A DNA stretch of 64,000 bases from an uncultured Mycoplasmatota bacterium. GTDB lineage: Bacteria; Bacillota_I; Bacilli_A; RF39; UBA660. Below the pieces are notes generated by a model. It was not told where the DNA came from. It saw nothing but the letters and a program-made list of their open reading frames with translations, and did no database searches. The position numbers and the translations under genes are program-made. This document shows, in pieces, positions 40,254-49,588 of the stretch; positions within the stretch are counted from its first letter, which is position 1, and each line of letters begins with the position of its first letter. The stretch lies in NCBI GenBank assembly GCA_900544605.1, contig UQVP01000003.1:4031-68030 (forward strand). The letters run 5' to 3'.

Positions 40254-40300
40254 AAAGTCATTATTGATGTAATATTACAAACATCAATAAATGGCTTTTT
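40254..40300. terminator. Bidirectional hairpin between the convergent collagen-like and acyltransferase genes
   Basis: gtcattattgatgt ... acatcaataaatggc imperfect stem, flanked by an A-run and a T-run. Confidence 0.55.
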
Positions 40301-42547
40301 TTACATTAATTTATCCTTTAAGAAATCATTTAAAGCTTGATTTCCTTTATCTGTCAAATGTTTTTTATCAGATAATAAATAATCTTCATTATTTTTTACT
40401 TCACTATAAAAATCTAAAATAGTAACATTATCTGAATTATTAACTAAATTACTTAAATCAGAATTTATAGCAACAATATATATCTTATGATTTTCACATA
40501 ATTTTATTAGTTCTTGATAATCAGTTGTACTCAAATTAATACTATTATCAAAAGCAAAAACAACATTATACGATAAGGATTTTTCTTCTATGGCTTTTAT
40601 TAGTTCATTTTTTATCATTTCGAAGTTAAAATCTTTATTAATAACAAATTGAGCTTCTGAAAAATTAGTGTGAATATAATCATATGCATTTAACAATACA
40701 CTATTTCCATAAAAAGTTATTTTATTTTTTAATTCTTCTTCGTGTTTCTTTATAATTTCTGCCTTTTTAACATTATATTCAGCTAAATAAGTTTGATAGA
40801 TAGCACTATAAACAACCTGTGTATATGCCTTTCTTCCACTTCCTGTCAAATGAATTCCATCAGCGTAAAAATATTCTTCATGACCTCTTGATAATTTATT
40901 CCAATCTATAACATGTAAATTAGAATATTTAGAAGAAAAAGATAATAAGTTCTTATTGAATTCTTGATTATTTGTCGTATTTAACCAAAATACTTCTTTC
41001 CCCTTACATAATTCCATAATTTCTTTTTTACAACCTAAAGAACAATCTCCATTAGCACCTAAATTTATAACGATAGGTTCACCTAAAGCGTTTTTATTAA
41101 TAAGTTCCTCTAGTATTCCACTAGCTTTCCATAAACTCCTTGATACTTTAGCATCAACATAACTATTTGGGAAAGTTGCATGTAAATTATCTATAGCTCC
41201 AAGCATAACAGAATCACCTATTGCCACCACTGGTAAATTGCTAACAATATCTTTGATTTGATTTTCGCCAGCTTCCAAATTATCTAAAACTTTATCCCAT
41301 TTTTCTTGTTCTTCCTTTACTAACGTATTATAATCTTCTTGATTTTGTTCCATCTTTTTAGCATTTTCCGATAATTGTTTTTCTAGCTCTTCCATTTCAG
41401 CAGTATGATCTTCTGTTACAATATATTGATAAACACCAAACAAGGAAGCAGCGGATATAACAATTAATACAAAATAGCGTAGACCTTTATATTTTTTATT
41501 TTTTATATTAGTCGCAAAATGAAGAACGTAAGATAACAAGAAAGTTATAACAACAATTAATACAGTTTTAATTGTTGTATTTATAGCGACATTTTGCAAG
41601 AAAAATATAACAGGATATTGAATTAAATATATTTCATAACTAACTTCTGATAATGATTTAACAATTTTATCTTTTTTGCTTAATATATTTTGTTCGTTTG
41701 AAACACTATAATCAATTAAGCGGCAAGTAATTAAAGTAACTAAAATCATAATGCTTGAAAAATATAATGACTTTGAATCAGTAAAAATAAACAAACCCGC
41801 TAATACTAACAAATAAAAATATATTCCTAATTTTGAAAAATCTTTTTCTTTCATTCTATCAGTAAGTACCGGACCATAATAATTATGTATGAATCCAAGT
41901 GTTAAACCAAAGAAAAGAGAAAAAACTCTAGTAAAAGTACTATAATAAGTTATCATCATATTTTCTGAAACACTTGCCTTAACAAAGTAAAATCCACTAA
42001 TAATTGATATTAAACATGTTATAATACATGGAATAATTTTATTTGTTTTATCGCCAATTTTCTTTAAAATTCCATATAAAATTGGAAATACTAAATCAAA
42101 TTGCATCAATATTGAAATATACCATAGATGCATAAATGGAGAATTATTATGACTAGCAAAATAGTCCATATTAGCTCCTAATTGCCAAAAATTATTATAT
42201 CCAAACAAAACCGAATTCGTTTCTGGTTTCAAATTAAACCAACCTATATTTGGTAAAAAAGAAGTAATTAAAATCGTTATAAATACTACAAAAAATAATG
42301 GAACGTATAGTTTTTTAATTCTTTTGGTATAGTATTTTTTTAAAGAAAATTTTCCATCATTAAATGCAGATACACATGACAAATAACCACTTAAAACAAA
42401 GAAGATACAAACAGCTAAATATCCACCTTTTAAAATTCCTAAATGGTATAAAAATATTGATATACAAGAAAATAATCTTATTATATCTAAATATTTAAAA
42501 TATTTTTTATTATTTTTTTTCTTCTTTGTTTTTTTGTTACGTCCCAT
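40301..42547 (-). CDS. OatA-like acyltransferase-3 membrane domain fused to SGNH/GDSL hydrolase domain(s)
   Basis: About 10 N-terminal TM segments of acyltransferase_3 type, a coiled-coil linker, then VVAIGDSVMLGA...ADGIHLT (GDS and DxxH motifs). A second degenerate unit reads YGNSVLL...DKKHLTDKG. Confidence 0.8.
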   Translation of the reverse strand: MGRNKKTKKKKNNKKYFKYLDIIRLFSCISIFLYHLGILKGGYLAVCIFFVLSGYLSCVSAFNDGKFSLKKYYTKRIKKLYVPLFFVVFITILITSFLPNIGWFNLKPETNSVLFGYNNFWQLGANMDYFASHNNSPFMHLWYISILMQFDLVFPILYGILKKIGDKTNKIIPCIITCLISIISGFYFVKASVSENMMITYYSTFTRVFSLFFGLTLGFIHNYYGPVLTDRMKEKDFSKLGIYFYLLVLAGLFIFTDSKSLYFSSIMILVTLITCRLIDYSVSNEQNILSKKDKIVKSLSEVSYEIYLIQYPVIFFLQNVAINTTIKTVLIVVITFLLSYVLHFATNIKNKKYKGLRYFVLIVISAASLFGVYQYIVTEDHTAEMEELEKQLSENAKKMEQNQEDYNTLVKEEQEKWDKVLDNLEAGENQIKDIVSNLPVVAIGDSVMLGAIDNLHATFPNSYVDAKVSRSLWKASGILEELINKNALGEPIVINLGANGDCSLGCKKEIMELCKGKEVFWLNTTNNQEFNKNLLSFSSKYSNLHVIDWNKLSRGHEEYFYADGIHLTGSGRKAYTQVVYSAIYQTYLAEYNVKKAEIIKKHEEELKNKITFYGNSVLLNAYDYIHTNFSEAQFVINKDFNFEMIKNELIKAIEEKSLSYNVVFAFDNSINLSTTDYQELIKLCENHKIYIVAINSDLSNLVNNSDNVTILDFYSEVKNNEDYLLSDKKHLTDKGNQALNDFLKDKLM

Positions 42548-42670
42548 AATACACCTCTAAAATTATTATTACATTCAATAGTTTTATTATAACATTTATA
42601 GTTATAAACTTAAACAATAACTCTTAATTTTTTTAATTTTATGGCAAAAATATGTCTATTTTTTCAACAT

Positions 42671-42700
42671 AAAACTTGTTTCATAGTTGAAACAAGTTTT
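42671..42700 (-). terminator. Terminator after the HTH/P-loop/CYTH gene
   Basis: aaaacttgtttca / tgaaacaagtttt is a 13-bp perfect stem with a 4-nt loop. Confidence 0.6.
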
Positions 42701-42706
42701 TAACAT

Positions 42707-44008
42707 TTATTTATTGTTTGCTATAGAAGAATTTTTATATTGTGGATCATTTGTTACCTCTTTTATAACTTTAATTTTTTTAGGAATTTCAAATGTATCA
42801 TTCTCATCATTAAGTTCTATTTCTAAAATGGCTTTATCATGCCAAAAAGGATAAATATCAAGTTCAAAGCACTTATTTTTATTGATTAAACAATATCTAG
42901 TTTTCCTAATTGGTTTTTTATTTGTATCTGCTTCTAATAACAAATCTAAATACTCATCTTTTGTTAATCTTTTTTCTATTTCAATTCTTTTAATATCACT
43001 TACAATCTTTTTTGTTGTCTTGAAGTAAACAAAGCTACCATTACAACCTCTTTGCCTTATTCTAATCTCTTCATTATTATCAGATTTTAAATAAGTTTGA
43101 ATAATTTCTACTTTTTGACAATTTTCCTGTTTTTCAAGCCATTTAATATCTGGATATTCAATTAAGAACTTTCTTTCTATTTCTAAAGGTTCTGGTTCTC
43201 CCAAAAAGGCAGAAATTTCTTTTATTAGTTTATACATTTTTTGATCAAAGTCTGTTGAATTATCAATAATACGTAAGTGTGAATGTCCTGTCCATGCTTT
43301 TATTATCTTATCATCACTAATTCTAGCTTCTTCCAATGTTTCATATCTAGCACTATTATTTTCTTTAGTATAAAATTGTTCTGCTCCTTTTGCCGCTGTA
43401 ACTAGATGAAAGATGGCATCATAATTATCTCTTAATTCAATTTCACTAGAATTAACACTATTAACTATGTTTTGAAAATCCAAATCACTAACAAATGCTT
43501 TGCCATCCATAGCTCCACGGTCACATACTATTAGTATTTTATCATTGTCCATAGATTTGGCTGCTTCTAAAAATAATTCTTCTTTTTTCAATTGAAAATT
43601 TAATAATATTCTTTGAAACTCTTTTACTGTAGCGCATGTCCAAGGACTTATGCCACTAGTTATTAATTCTGTTGCTGTTTCTGGAACAAACAGTACTCTA
43701 TATCCTTTCTTTATAAAATAATTTTGTATTCGACTCATACCTGTTGTCTTACCAGCACATGGACCACCAGTAATAACAATTTTTGTTATTTTTTTATTTA
43801 TATTTTCCTTTTTTAACATATCGTCAATGGAAATGTTAAATAATGAACTTAGCTTTTTTAATATTTCAAAATTAGGATATGCTTTGCCATTTTCCCATTT
43901 TGACACAGCTTTTCCAGTTACTCCAACCTTATTGGCCAATTCATTCTGCGTTAAATTTAATTTTGTTCTATATTTAAATATTAGGTTACCAAATTCATAA
44001 TTATTCAC
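42707..44008 (-). CDS. Three-domain protein: XRE-type HTH + P-loop NTPase (NadR/AAA_28-like) + CYTH (triphosphate tunnel metalloenzyme) domain
   Basis: LTQNELANKVGVTGKAVSKWENG (HTH); ITGGPCAGKTTG (Walker A); LEIERKFLI (CYTH ExExK signature). GTG start at 44008 lies 5 nt after GAGGTG. Confidence 0.8.
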   Translation of the reverse strand: MNNYEFGNLIFKYRTKLNLTQNELANKVGVTGKAVSKWENGKAYPNFEILKKLSSLFNISIDDMLKKENINKKITKIVITGGPCAGKTTGMSRIQNYFIKKGYRVLFVPETATELITSGISPWTCATVKEFQRILLNFQLKKEELFLEAAKSMDNDKILIVCDRGAMDGKAFVSDLDFQNIVNSVNSSEIELRDNYDAIFHLVTAAKGAEQFYTKENNSARYETLEEARISDDKIIKAWTGHSHLRIIDNSTDFDQKMYKLIKEISAFLGEPEPLEIERKFLIEYPDIKWLEKQENCQKVEIIQTYLKSDNNEEIRIRQRGCNGSFVYFKTTKKIVSDIKRIEIEKRLTKDEYLDLLLEADTNKKPIRKTRYCLINKNKCFELDIYPFWHDKAILEIELNDENDTFEIPKKIKVIKEVTNDPQYKNSSIANNK

Positions 44009-44076
44009 AGAATCACCTCACACTTTAATTATATTAAAACTAGTATAACTATTCAATAATAATCTGGAGAATTTTA
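43972..44076 (-). repeat. Copy 1 of a ~100-nt diverged direct repeat (promoter + SD + first codons of the HTH/P-loop/CYTH gene)
   Basis: Aligned by eye with 45675-45772. The shared core is ...attattRaatagttataYtaRttttaatataattaaaRtgtgaggtgat.... Confidence 0.7.
44028..44056 (-). promoter_or_regulatory. Candidate promoter of the HTH/P-loop/CYTH gene
   Basis: Minus strand reads TTGAAT, 17 nt, TATAAT, and implies a very short leader. Confidence 0.45.
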
Positions 44077-44129
44077 GTAGAAATTACAAAAAAAGCAGTA
44101 ATAACAAAAGTCATTTCTGCTTATATATT

Positions 44130-45608
44130 TTAATTTGCTTGTCTTTTTTTATAAATAAATACTGAAGCTCCAACAAATCCCATAATTGATAAAATACTTG
44201 TTGCTAGATAAAGCACAATATTATCACTAGTTTTAGGATTTTCAATATTTTCATTAGAAGTTGCAACTATACCATATTGACTTAAATGTGATGTTTCAAA
44301 AACTATATATCCATCTTCTATTGTTGCTGGTATAGTTTCTTTTATTTCATCATTAAGAATATAAACAACTTTATAATTGTTATATCCTTTTAAATCTTCT
44401 GGTAAAGCAATTCTTATTTTCATTTTAATACCATTAACTTGAACTGCTTGATTATTTTTTAATATATTTATATCTATTAAATATTTAACATTTTTGTCTG
44501 CTAACTCTTTTTTTACTTCAATCTTTTTAATATCTAATACATAATCATTGTCAATTTCCTCTTCAAAAACAATACTTGCTTTTATATCTCCATCACTTTT
44601 GATTTCTTTCACAGTTTCACCAGTATCAACATTTTTAGTCCAAGTGGCATATAAAGTTACATTTTGATAGTATTCAGCACCAAAGCTATTTTTTATCAAA
44701 GTATCTTTTTCTACATCTCCTTTATCATCTTTATCCCATCTTCTCCAATATATATAAGTGTAATTTTTACCACTTCCATCTTTTTTAGAATTCCATCCAT
44801 TAAATGTATAGCCTTTTCTTTCAGGTATGTATGGCAAAAGTGACATACTTGTTCCAGAATCACCACCGCCTGTATAATCATATTTTTTAGATAATTCACC
44901 AGAAATAGTTCCACCGTTAGCATCTAATACTAATACTCTATCATCTCCAACAAAAGTATTTTTTGTATATGTTGCAGTTAAATTAATTACAGCAGTTTTT
45001 GTAAAATAGCTTAAATCAATAGAAGTAACAAACTTTCCATTTAAATCCCAGCCTATAAAGGTATAGCCTTTTCTTACTGGAGTATATTTTGTTAAATCAA
45101 TTGTCTTGAACTCTGATGATTTACTTACTAATAACAATTTTCCTTGACCATTTATCATTCCTGCAAACGCATCAAGTGTTACATAATAATTGTCACCTTC
45201 TTCTAACGCTTTACCCTCAAATTTTGCCTCAAGTCTTAAACCATTACTGTAATTAACTTCTTCACCATTTGATTTATAAAACGAACCATTACTAGTAAAA
45301 TCTGCTAGTGCTAAATCTTCATTTGCTTCTGTCTTGTTGTTGTCTACCCAATGTGAAAACTCATTTTTTCCATTGAACGGAATAATTCCTTTTGTCAACT
45401 CAGATAACTTAACTGTTGTTTCGCCTGCATCAACATCAAATCTTATAAGTTTGGCATACTCTCCATCAATACTTTCATTTTCCTCATAAACAGTTAACAC
45501 TAAAGAATATTTTCCATTCTCACTAATAGTTGCAGCATTTACAGAAGTTATTCCTAAAACCCCCATTACTGCAATTAACATTACAAACAACATCTTTTTT
45601 AATCTCAT
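44130..45608 (-). CDS. Cell-surface protein with Listeria-Bacteroides-type (Flg_new) repeats and a C-terminal sorting-signal-like anchor
   Basis: Signal peptide; KGYTFIGWD and KGYTFNGWNSKKDGSG repeat signatures. The C-terminus has NPKTSD, a hydrophobic stretch, then KKRQAN. Confidence 0.75.
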   Translation of the reverse strand: MRLKKMLFVMLIAVMGVLGITSVNAATISENGKYSLVLTVYEENESIDGEYAKLIRFDVDAGETTVKLSELTKGIIPFNGKNEFSHWVDNNKTEANEDLALADFTSNGSFYKSNGEEVNYSNGLRLEAKFEGKALEEGDNYYVTLDAFAGMINGQGKLLLVSKSSEFKTIDLTKYTPVRKGYTFIGWDLNGKFVTSIDLSYFTKTAVINLTATYTKNTFVGDDRVLVLDANGGTISGELSKKYDYTGGGDSGTSMSLLPYIPERKGYTFNGWNSKKDGSGKNYTYIYWRRWDKDDKGDVEKDTLIKNSFGAEYYQNVTLYATWTKNVDTGETVKEIKSDGDIKASIVFEEEIDNDYVLDIKKIEVKKELADKNVKYLIDINILKNNQAVQVNGIKMKIRIALPEDLKGYNNYKVVYILNDEIKETIPATIEDGYIVFETSHLSQYGIVATSNENIENPKTSDNIVLYLATSILSIMGFVGASVFIYKKRQAN

Positions 45609-45674
45609 AATTTTCTCCTCATATATTTTTCAAAATTTGTATTGAAAATAATAAACTTACGTCTATAAATAATT

Positions 45675-45772
45675 ATATATTAAATTAGCAAATTCCTAAT
45701 TATTCTCATATCACCTCACATTTTAATTATATTAAAATTAATATAACTATTAATAATAAACTGTAAAATTTT
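45675..45772 (-). repeat. Copy 2 of the ~100-nt repeat (relic promoter/SD plus a decayed 9-codon start of an HTH-type gene)
   Basis: Reads ...tataattaaaatgtgaggtgatATGagaataattaggaatttgctaatttaa, compared with copy 1 ...gaggtgattctGTGaataattatgaatttggtaacctaata. Confidence 0.7.
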
Positions 45773-45787
45773 ATTCTGCTTCTTAGA

Positions 45788-46213
45788 TTAAACTCTTTTA
45801 CCAGATATTATATAAATACCTGGATAAGTTCTTTTTAAATCTTCGGTTGCAGGTTCTAAAGGAGAACCTCCTGATGTGCAAAAAGTAACAATCTTTTTAT
45901 TTGTTAAATCAATTTTATCTAAGAATGTTTTTATAACATTTGGTGCAACTCCCCACCAGATTGGAAATAATATATAAAGAGTATCATAATTATTTATATC
46001 TACCTTAATATCCTCTATTTCTGGTCTATAATTTAAGTCTTTTATTTCTATACTTGATCTACTATTTGGATTATTCCAATTTAAATCTTCATCTGTATAT
46101 ATTTGTTTAGGAATAATTTCTAATATATCTGATTGTAATTGTGTTGCTAAAGCTTGCGCAGCTCTTTTTGTAACCCCACTCGCGCTAAAATATACTATTA
46201 ATGTTTTATTCAT
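45788..46213 (-). CDS. Flavodoxin family protein
   Basis: MNKTLIVYFSASGVTKRAA N-terminal FMN-binding loop; 141 aa. Confidence 0.75.
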   Translation of the reverse strand: MNKTLIVYFSASGVTKRAAQALATQLQSDILEIIPKQIYTDEDLNWNNPNSRSSIEIKDLNYRPEIEDIKVDINNYDTLYILFPIWWGVAPNVIKTFLDKIDLTNKKIVTFCTSGGSPLEPATEDLKRTYPGIYIISGKRV

Positions 46214-46222
46214 AATAATCTC

Positions 46223-46750
46223 CTATCTATTTTTTGGAATAGTAAATTTATTCATATCATTTTTTTCAAGTTCTAAAAGTTTTATTTTGTTCTGTATTCC
46301 ACCACCATAACCAGTTAAATTACCATTTGCCCCAATTACTCGATGACAAGGAATAATCAAACATATGGGATTCCATCCGACTGCTCCACCAACTGCTTGT
46401 GCAGGCATTTTTTCGATTCCATTTTTCTTAGCAATTTCTTTAGCTATATCGTTATAACTAATCAATTTACCATAAGGTATTTCAGTCATAATATCTATGA
46501 CCTGTTTTCGAAATGGTGTTAAGTTATTGATTTTATATTTAGGTATAAATTGAGGTTTCTCTCCGCTAAAATAAATATCTAACCACTTTCTAGTTTCATC
46601 AAATATTGGTAAATTATTTTCTTTAAAATCACTAGGATGTTTTAAAGCGTCTTTACTTTCTTCAAACCAAAGTCCTGTTAAAAATGTTCCATCACTACTC
46701 ATTATTATATTTGAATAACCATTTGGAGTTTCATACTTTTGTATAAACAT
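46223..46750 (-). CDS. ogt: Methylated-DNA--protein-cysteine methyltransferase
   Basis: Active-site motif IPCHRVIGANG. Confidence 0.88.
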   Translation of the reverse strand: MFIQKYETPNGYSNIIMSSDGTFLTGLWFEESKDALKHPSDFKENNLPIFDETRKWLDIYFSGEKPQFIPKYKINNLTPFRKQVIDIMTEIPYGKLISYNDIAKEIAKKNGIEKMPAQAVGGAVGWNPICLIIPCHRVIGANGNLTGYGGGIQNKIKLLELEKNDMNKFTIPKNR

Positions 46751-46765
46751 TATTATGTTCCCAAT

Positions 46766-47131
46766 CTAGTAAAATAAACTTATTATTTTTGGTACAAAAA
46801 TTAACAATCCTACTATAGCAGATCCTATAGCAAATACTAAAACTCCTCCCGCAGCTATATCTTTTGATTTTTTTGCCTTTTCATTTATACCTGGGCTTGC
46901 TAAATCAACAACAAGTTCTATAGCAGTATTAAAAAGTTCTCCACCAATAACAAGGGCAAACCAACCAATACAAATCATCCATTCCCAAAGTTTTAACTTA
47001 AGTAAAAAACCACTTAAAATTACAATTAGCATAACACTAACGTGAATTTTCATATTGCGTTCTGTCTTAAAAGCACTAAAAATACCACTAAAAGCGTATT
47101 TAAAGCTATTAATTAATTTTTTATTTTTCAT
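46766..47131 (-). CDS. dgkA: Diacylglycerol/undecaprenol kinase
   Basis: Three TM segments; GELFNTAIELVVD motif. Confidence 0.85.
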   Translation of the reverse strand: MKNKKLINSFKYAFSGIFSAFKTERNMKIHVSVMLIVILSGFLLKLKLWEWMICIGWFALVIGGELFNTAIELVVDLASPGINEKAKKSKDIAAGGVLVFAIGSAIVGLLIFVPKIISLFY

Positions 47132-47151
47132 TTACATCACCATTTTACTTA

Positions 47152-48249
47152 TTATTTTTCTATATATCCATTTGTTTTTTCAGTATACATTTCATCTGTT
47201 ACTGATTTATATCTTTCACCATCATATTCATCAGTAAACCCATTGTAAGCTTTGTAGATATCTCCCGTTTCAGTATCATAAACTCTTTCATATCCTAATG
47301 TCGCATCACTTTGCTTTTGACTCATAATATCATAAGTTTTATTTCTGTTTTCCCAAGCACTCATGTATGAATCAAACGATTTTTGAATCTGAGCACTTAA
47401 TTCTAAAGCTTGCTTAGTTTGAGCATTTCCATCATCAATTGTTTTTTGTACATATGAATCGTTAAATTTAATAGAATTTATGGATTCTAATAATAAATCT
47501 TTATAATCAATAAATTTATTTTCACTTGAAGTAATTGTCATAATATCATAAACCATATAGTATCCAGAATCTATCCCATTACTATATTGGTTACCAAAGT
47601 TTACGATAGACGCTAAAAACATTCCTTCACCTTGTTTGTTGTTTTCACCAGTGAATGTTGCTCTTAATACTTTGCTATCTAGAGATACACTTTTCATTGA
47701 TGCAACACTTTCTTGTTCTTCTAATTTTGTAAAATTAGTATATGTAGGAAATTTAAAATTAGAAAGAGTTGGTTCAATATCATTCATATATTTCGCTATT
47801 TCATTAAATTTTTGATAAAATCTTTCTGTTGTTGGTGTATCTAATACTATTGCATCAGCAAATAAACGATATTGACTTCCTGCTAATTTATAATATTCAG
47901 TCCATTGCTTTTTAGCAGCATCACTTTTTAATAGTGGTTGCATTTTTAACATTAAGAATAAACCATTATTTGTATCGCTTGGATCATATACCTTAATAGC
48001 ATAATACATTCCCGTTCCTGTAGCTTCAACTTGCCATCCCTTAGGTTTTTTCATACTTAAAGCATCATTAGCATAGTCTTCTAATTCTAAACTATTTACT
48101 TCATTTGCAACTATTTTAACAGAACTATCTTTATTTATAGTAGTACTACTAGTATTACTTTTACCAGCAAAATTAAATACTACCATTAAAACAATAGCCA
48201 CAAAAATCAAGCCAATTGCTATAATCAAATTTTTATCTTTTTTCATCAC
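47152..48249 (-). CDS. Hypothetical membrane-anchored extracytoplasmic protein
   Basis: N-terminal TM anchor; no family recognised. Confidence 0.4.
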   Translation of the reverse strand: MMKKDKNLIIAIGLIFVAIVLMVVFNFAGKSNTSSTTINKDSSVKIVANEVNSLELEDYANDALSMKKPKGWQVEATGTGMYYAIKVYDPSDTNNGLFLMLKMQPLLKSDAAKKQWTEYYKLAGSQYRLFADAIVLDTPTTERFYQKFNEIAKYMNDIEPTLSNFKFPTYTNFTKLEEQESVASMKSVSLDSKVLRATFTGENNKQGEGMFLASIVNFGNQYSNGIDSGYYMVYDIMTITSSENKFIDYKDLLLESINSIKFNDSYVQKTIDDGNAQTKQALELSAQIQKSFDSYMSAWENRNKTYDIMSQKQSDATLGYERVYDTETGDIYKAYNGFTDEYDGERYKSVTDEMYTEKTNGYIEK

Positions 48250-48429
48250 ACATCTCCTATCTATATAAATATTATATCATTTATTTATAATTTGTTGTAC
48301 TACATTTTAATAGAGTAAATACTACATTTTTTTGCATACTAAAAGCAGTAATAATATAATTGTTACTGCCTTAATTTATTAATAAATAACCCGTATTTAT
48401 CTATTTTTTTTGATTTAACTATCTTTCTT

Positions 48430-48963
48430 CTAATTTTTTCTATTTAGTTCTAATACTTTATATTGTCCAATAATTCTATTATTTTCCCAACCAATACAAT
48501 CATATATAGGTTTATCTACTTGCTCAACCCTGCAACATCCATTTGAACAGGTATCACAACTTTTTGGAAGTAACGATCTTATATATAGTCTTTCTTCTGG
48601 TGTTAATTTTTCTCCAACCATTTTATAAAATTCATCAGGTTTTTCTATAATATCATCTATTATAGATTTTAAATTTGTTTGTTCTTGATAATATTCGTCT
48701 TCCATTTCTGGGGCATTGATTTCTAGATATTTTCTTAAAATATCATCTTTTGATAACATTAATGGTTCCCTTGTTTTATATATCATTGTTACAAGTGTAC
48801 TGTAATAATCACTTAATTTTTCAACTGTATAATTATTTTTTAAACTAATTTTTCTAGATGTAAGAATTTCTCTATATTCTTGTTTTGTTGGAATGAATTC
48901 ACATATAAATTTTATTTCATCAACTTCTACAACAAATAAATTAAAAACACTGTATTTTTTCAT
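48430..48963 (-). CDS. Hypothetical protein with a C-terminal Cys cluster
   Basis: ORF of 177 aa containing CDTCSNGCC...C. No family recognised. Confidence 0.4.
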   Translation of the reverse strand: MKKYSVFNLFVVEVDEIKFICEFIPTKQEYREILTSRKISLKNNYTVEKLSDYYSTLVTMIYKTREPLMLSKDDILRKYLEINAPEMEDEYYQEQTNLKSIIDDIIEKPDEFYKMVGEKLTPEERLYIRSLLPKSCDTCSNGCCRVEQVDKPIYDCIGWENNRIIGQYKVLELNRKN

Positions 48964-49055
48964 AAAACCCTCCTATAGTCATTATATCATATATTGAAGT
49001 ACAAATTGTATGTATGTTTTTGTTTTTATATTTAAATTTTTTACTTTATATGATA

Positions 49056-49085
49056 ATAAAAATCTCAAAGTATAACGCTTTGAGA
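49056..49085 (-). terminator. Intrinsic terminator directly after the most distal SEC-C tail remnant
   Basis: tctcaaag / ctttgaga stem with a 7-nt loop, followed by tttttatt on the minus strand. Confidence 0.7.
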
Positions 49086-49096
49086 AATTTTAATTA

Positions 49097-49147
49097 TTAT
49101 TTACCACAACACTGTTTATATTTACGTCCTGATCCGCAAGGTAAAAA
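49097..49147 (-). repeat. Orphan SEC-C motif coding remnant (copy 4)
   Basis: Minus strand reads FLPCGSGRKYKQCCGK*. The frame is closed by TAG 34 codons upstream of the stop and contains no start codon. Confidence 0.65.
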
Positions 49148-49588
49148 TTTAAAACAACCAAGTAATTTTTTTCTTTTAAATTGGTATTTTTTTGTACTTA
49201 ACTACTCTCGGTTACACTTCGCTTCACTAGCAGAACATATCTAAAAACATATCTAAGATTATTTATTTTTTAATGATATCTATAACATTCAATAAAAATA
49301 CCTAATAATCCTCTGTTTAAATCATCAATTATTGCTTTTTAACCTTTTTTATATTAAAAAATGCTTGTAAAATTAAGTCCAAAATTTTAACAAATTTATT
49401 TCATAACCTTTTTTCTTTACCTCATCTTCTATTTTTTTGTAAATATTAGATTTCATATTTTTTATTCTCCTTTTCTATTTTTTATTTAATTTAAATTTAC
49501 TTCATATCTAACTACTTTTATATCAATTTCTTTCCATAAAAAAATGTTAGCATATTTAACTATGTCAACATTTTTAAACAAACAATAT

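Noticed and set aside
49014-49244. 76-aa plus-strand ORF in the supplied track
   Set aside because: It is antisense to the SEC-C tail remnant and its terminator. It has low-complexity AT-rich codons, no SD and no recognisable fold.
49373-49456. 27-codon ORF with a good SD (MKSNIYKKIEDEVKKKGYEINLLKFWT) in the gene-less part of the AbiE islet
   Set aside because: It could be the fossil 5' end of a lost island gene, but it is too short and featureless to call. It is mentioned only as context for the decayed-island idea.
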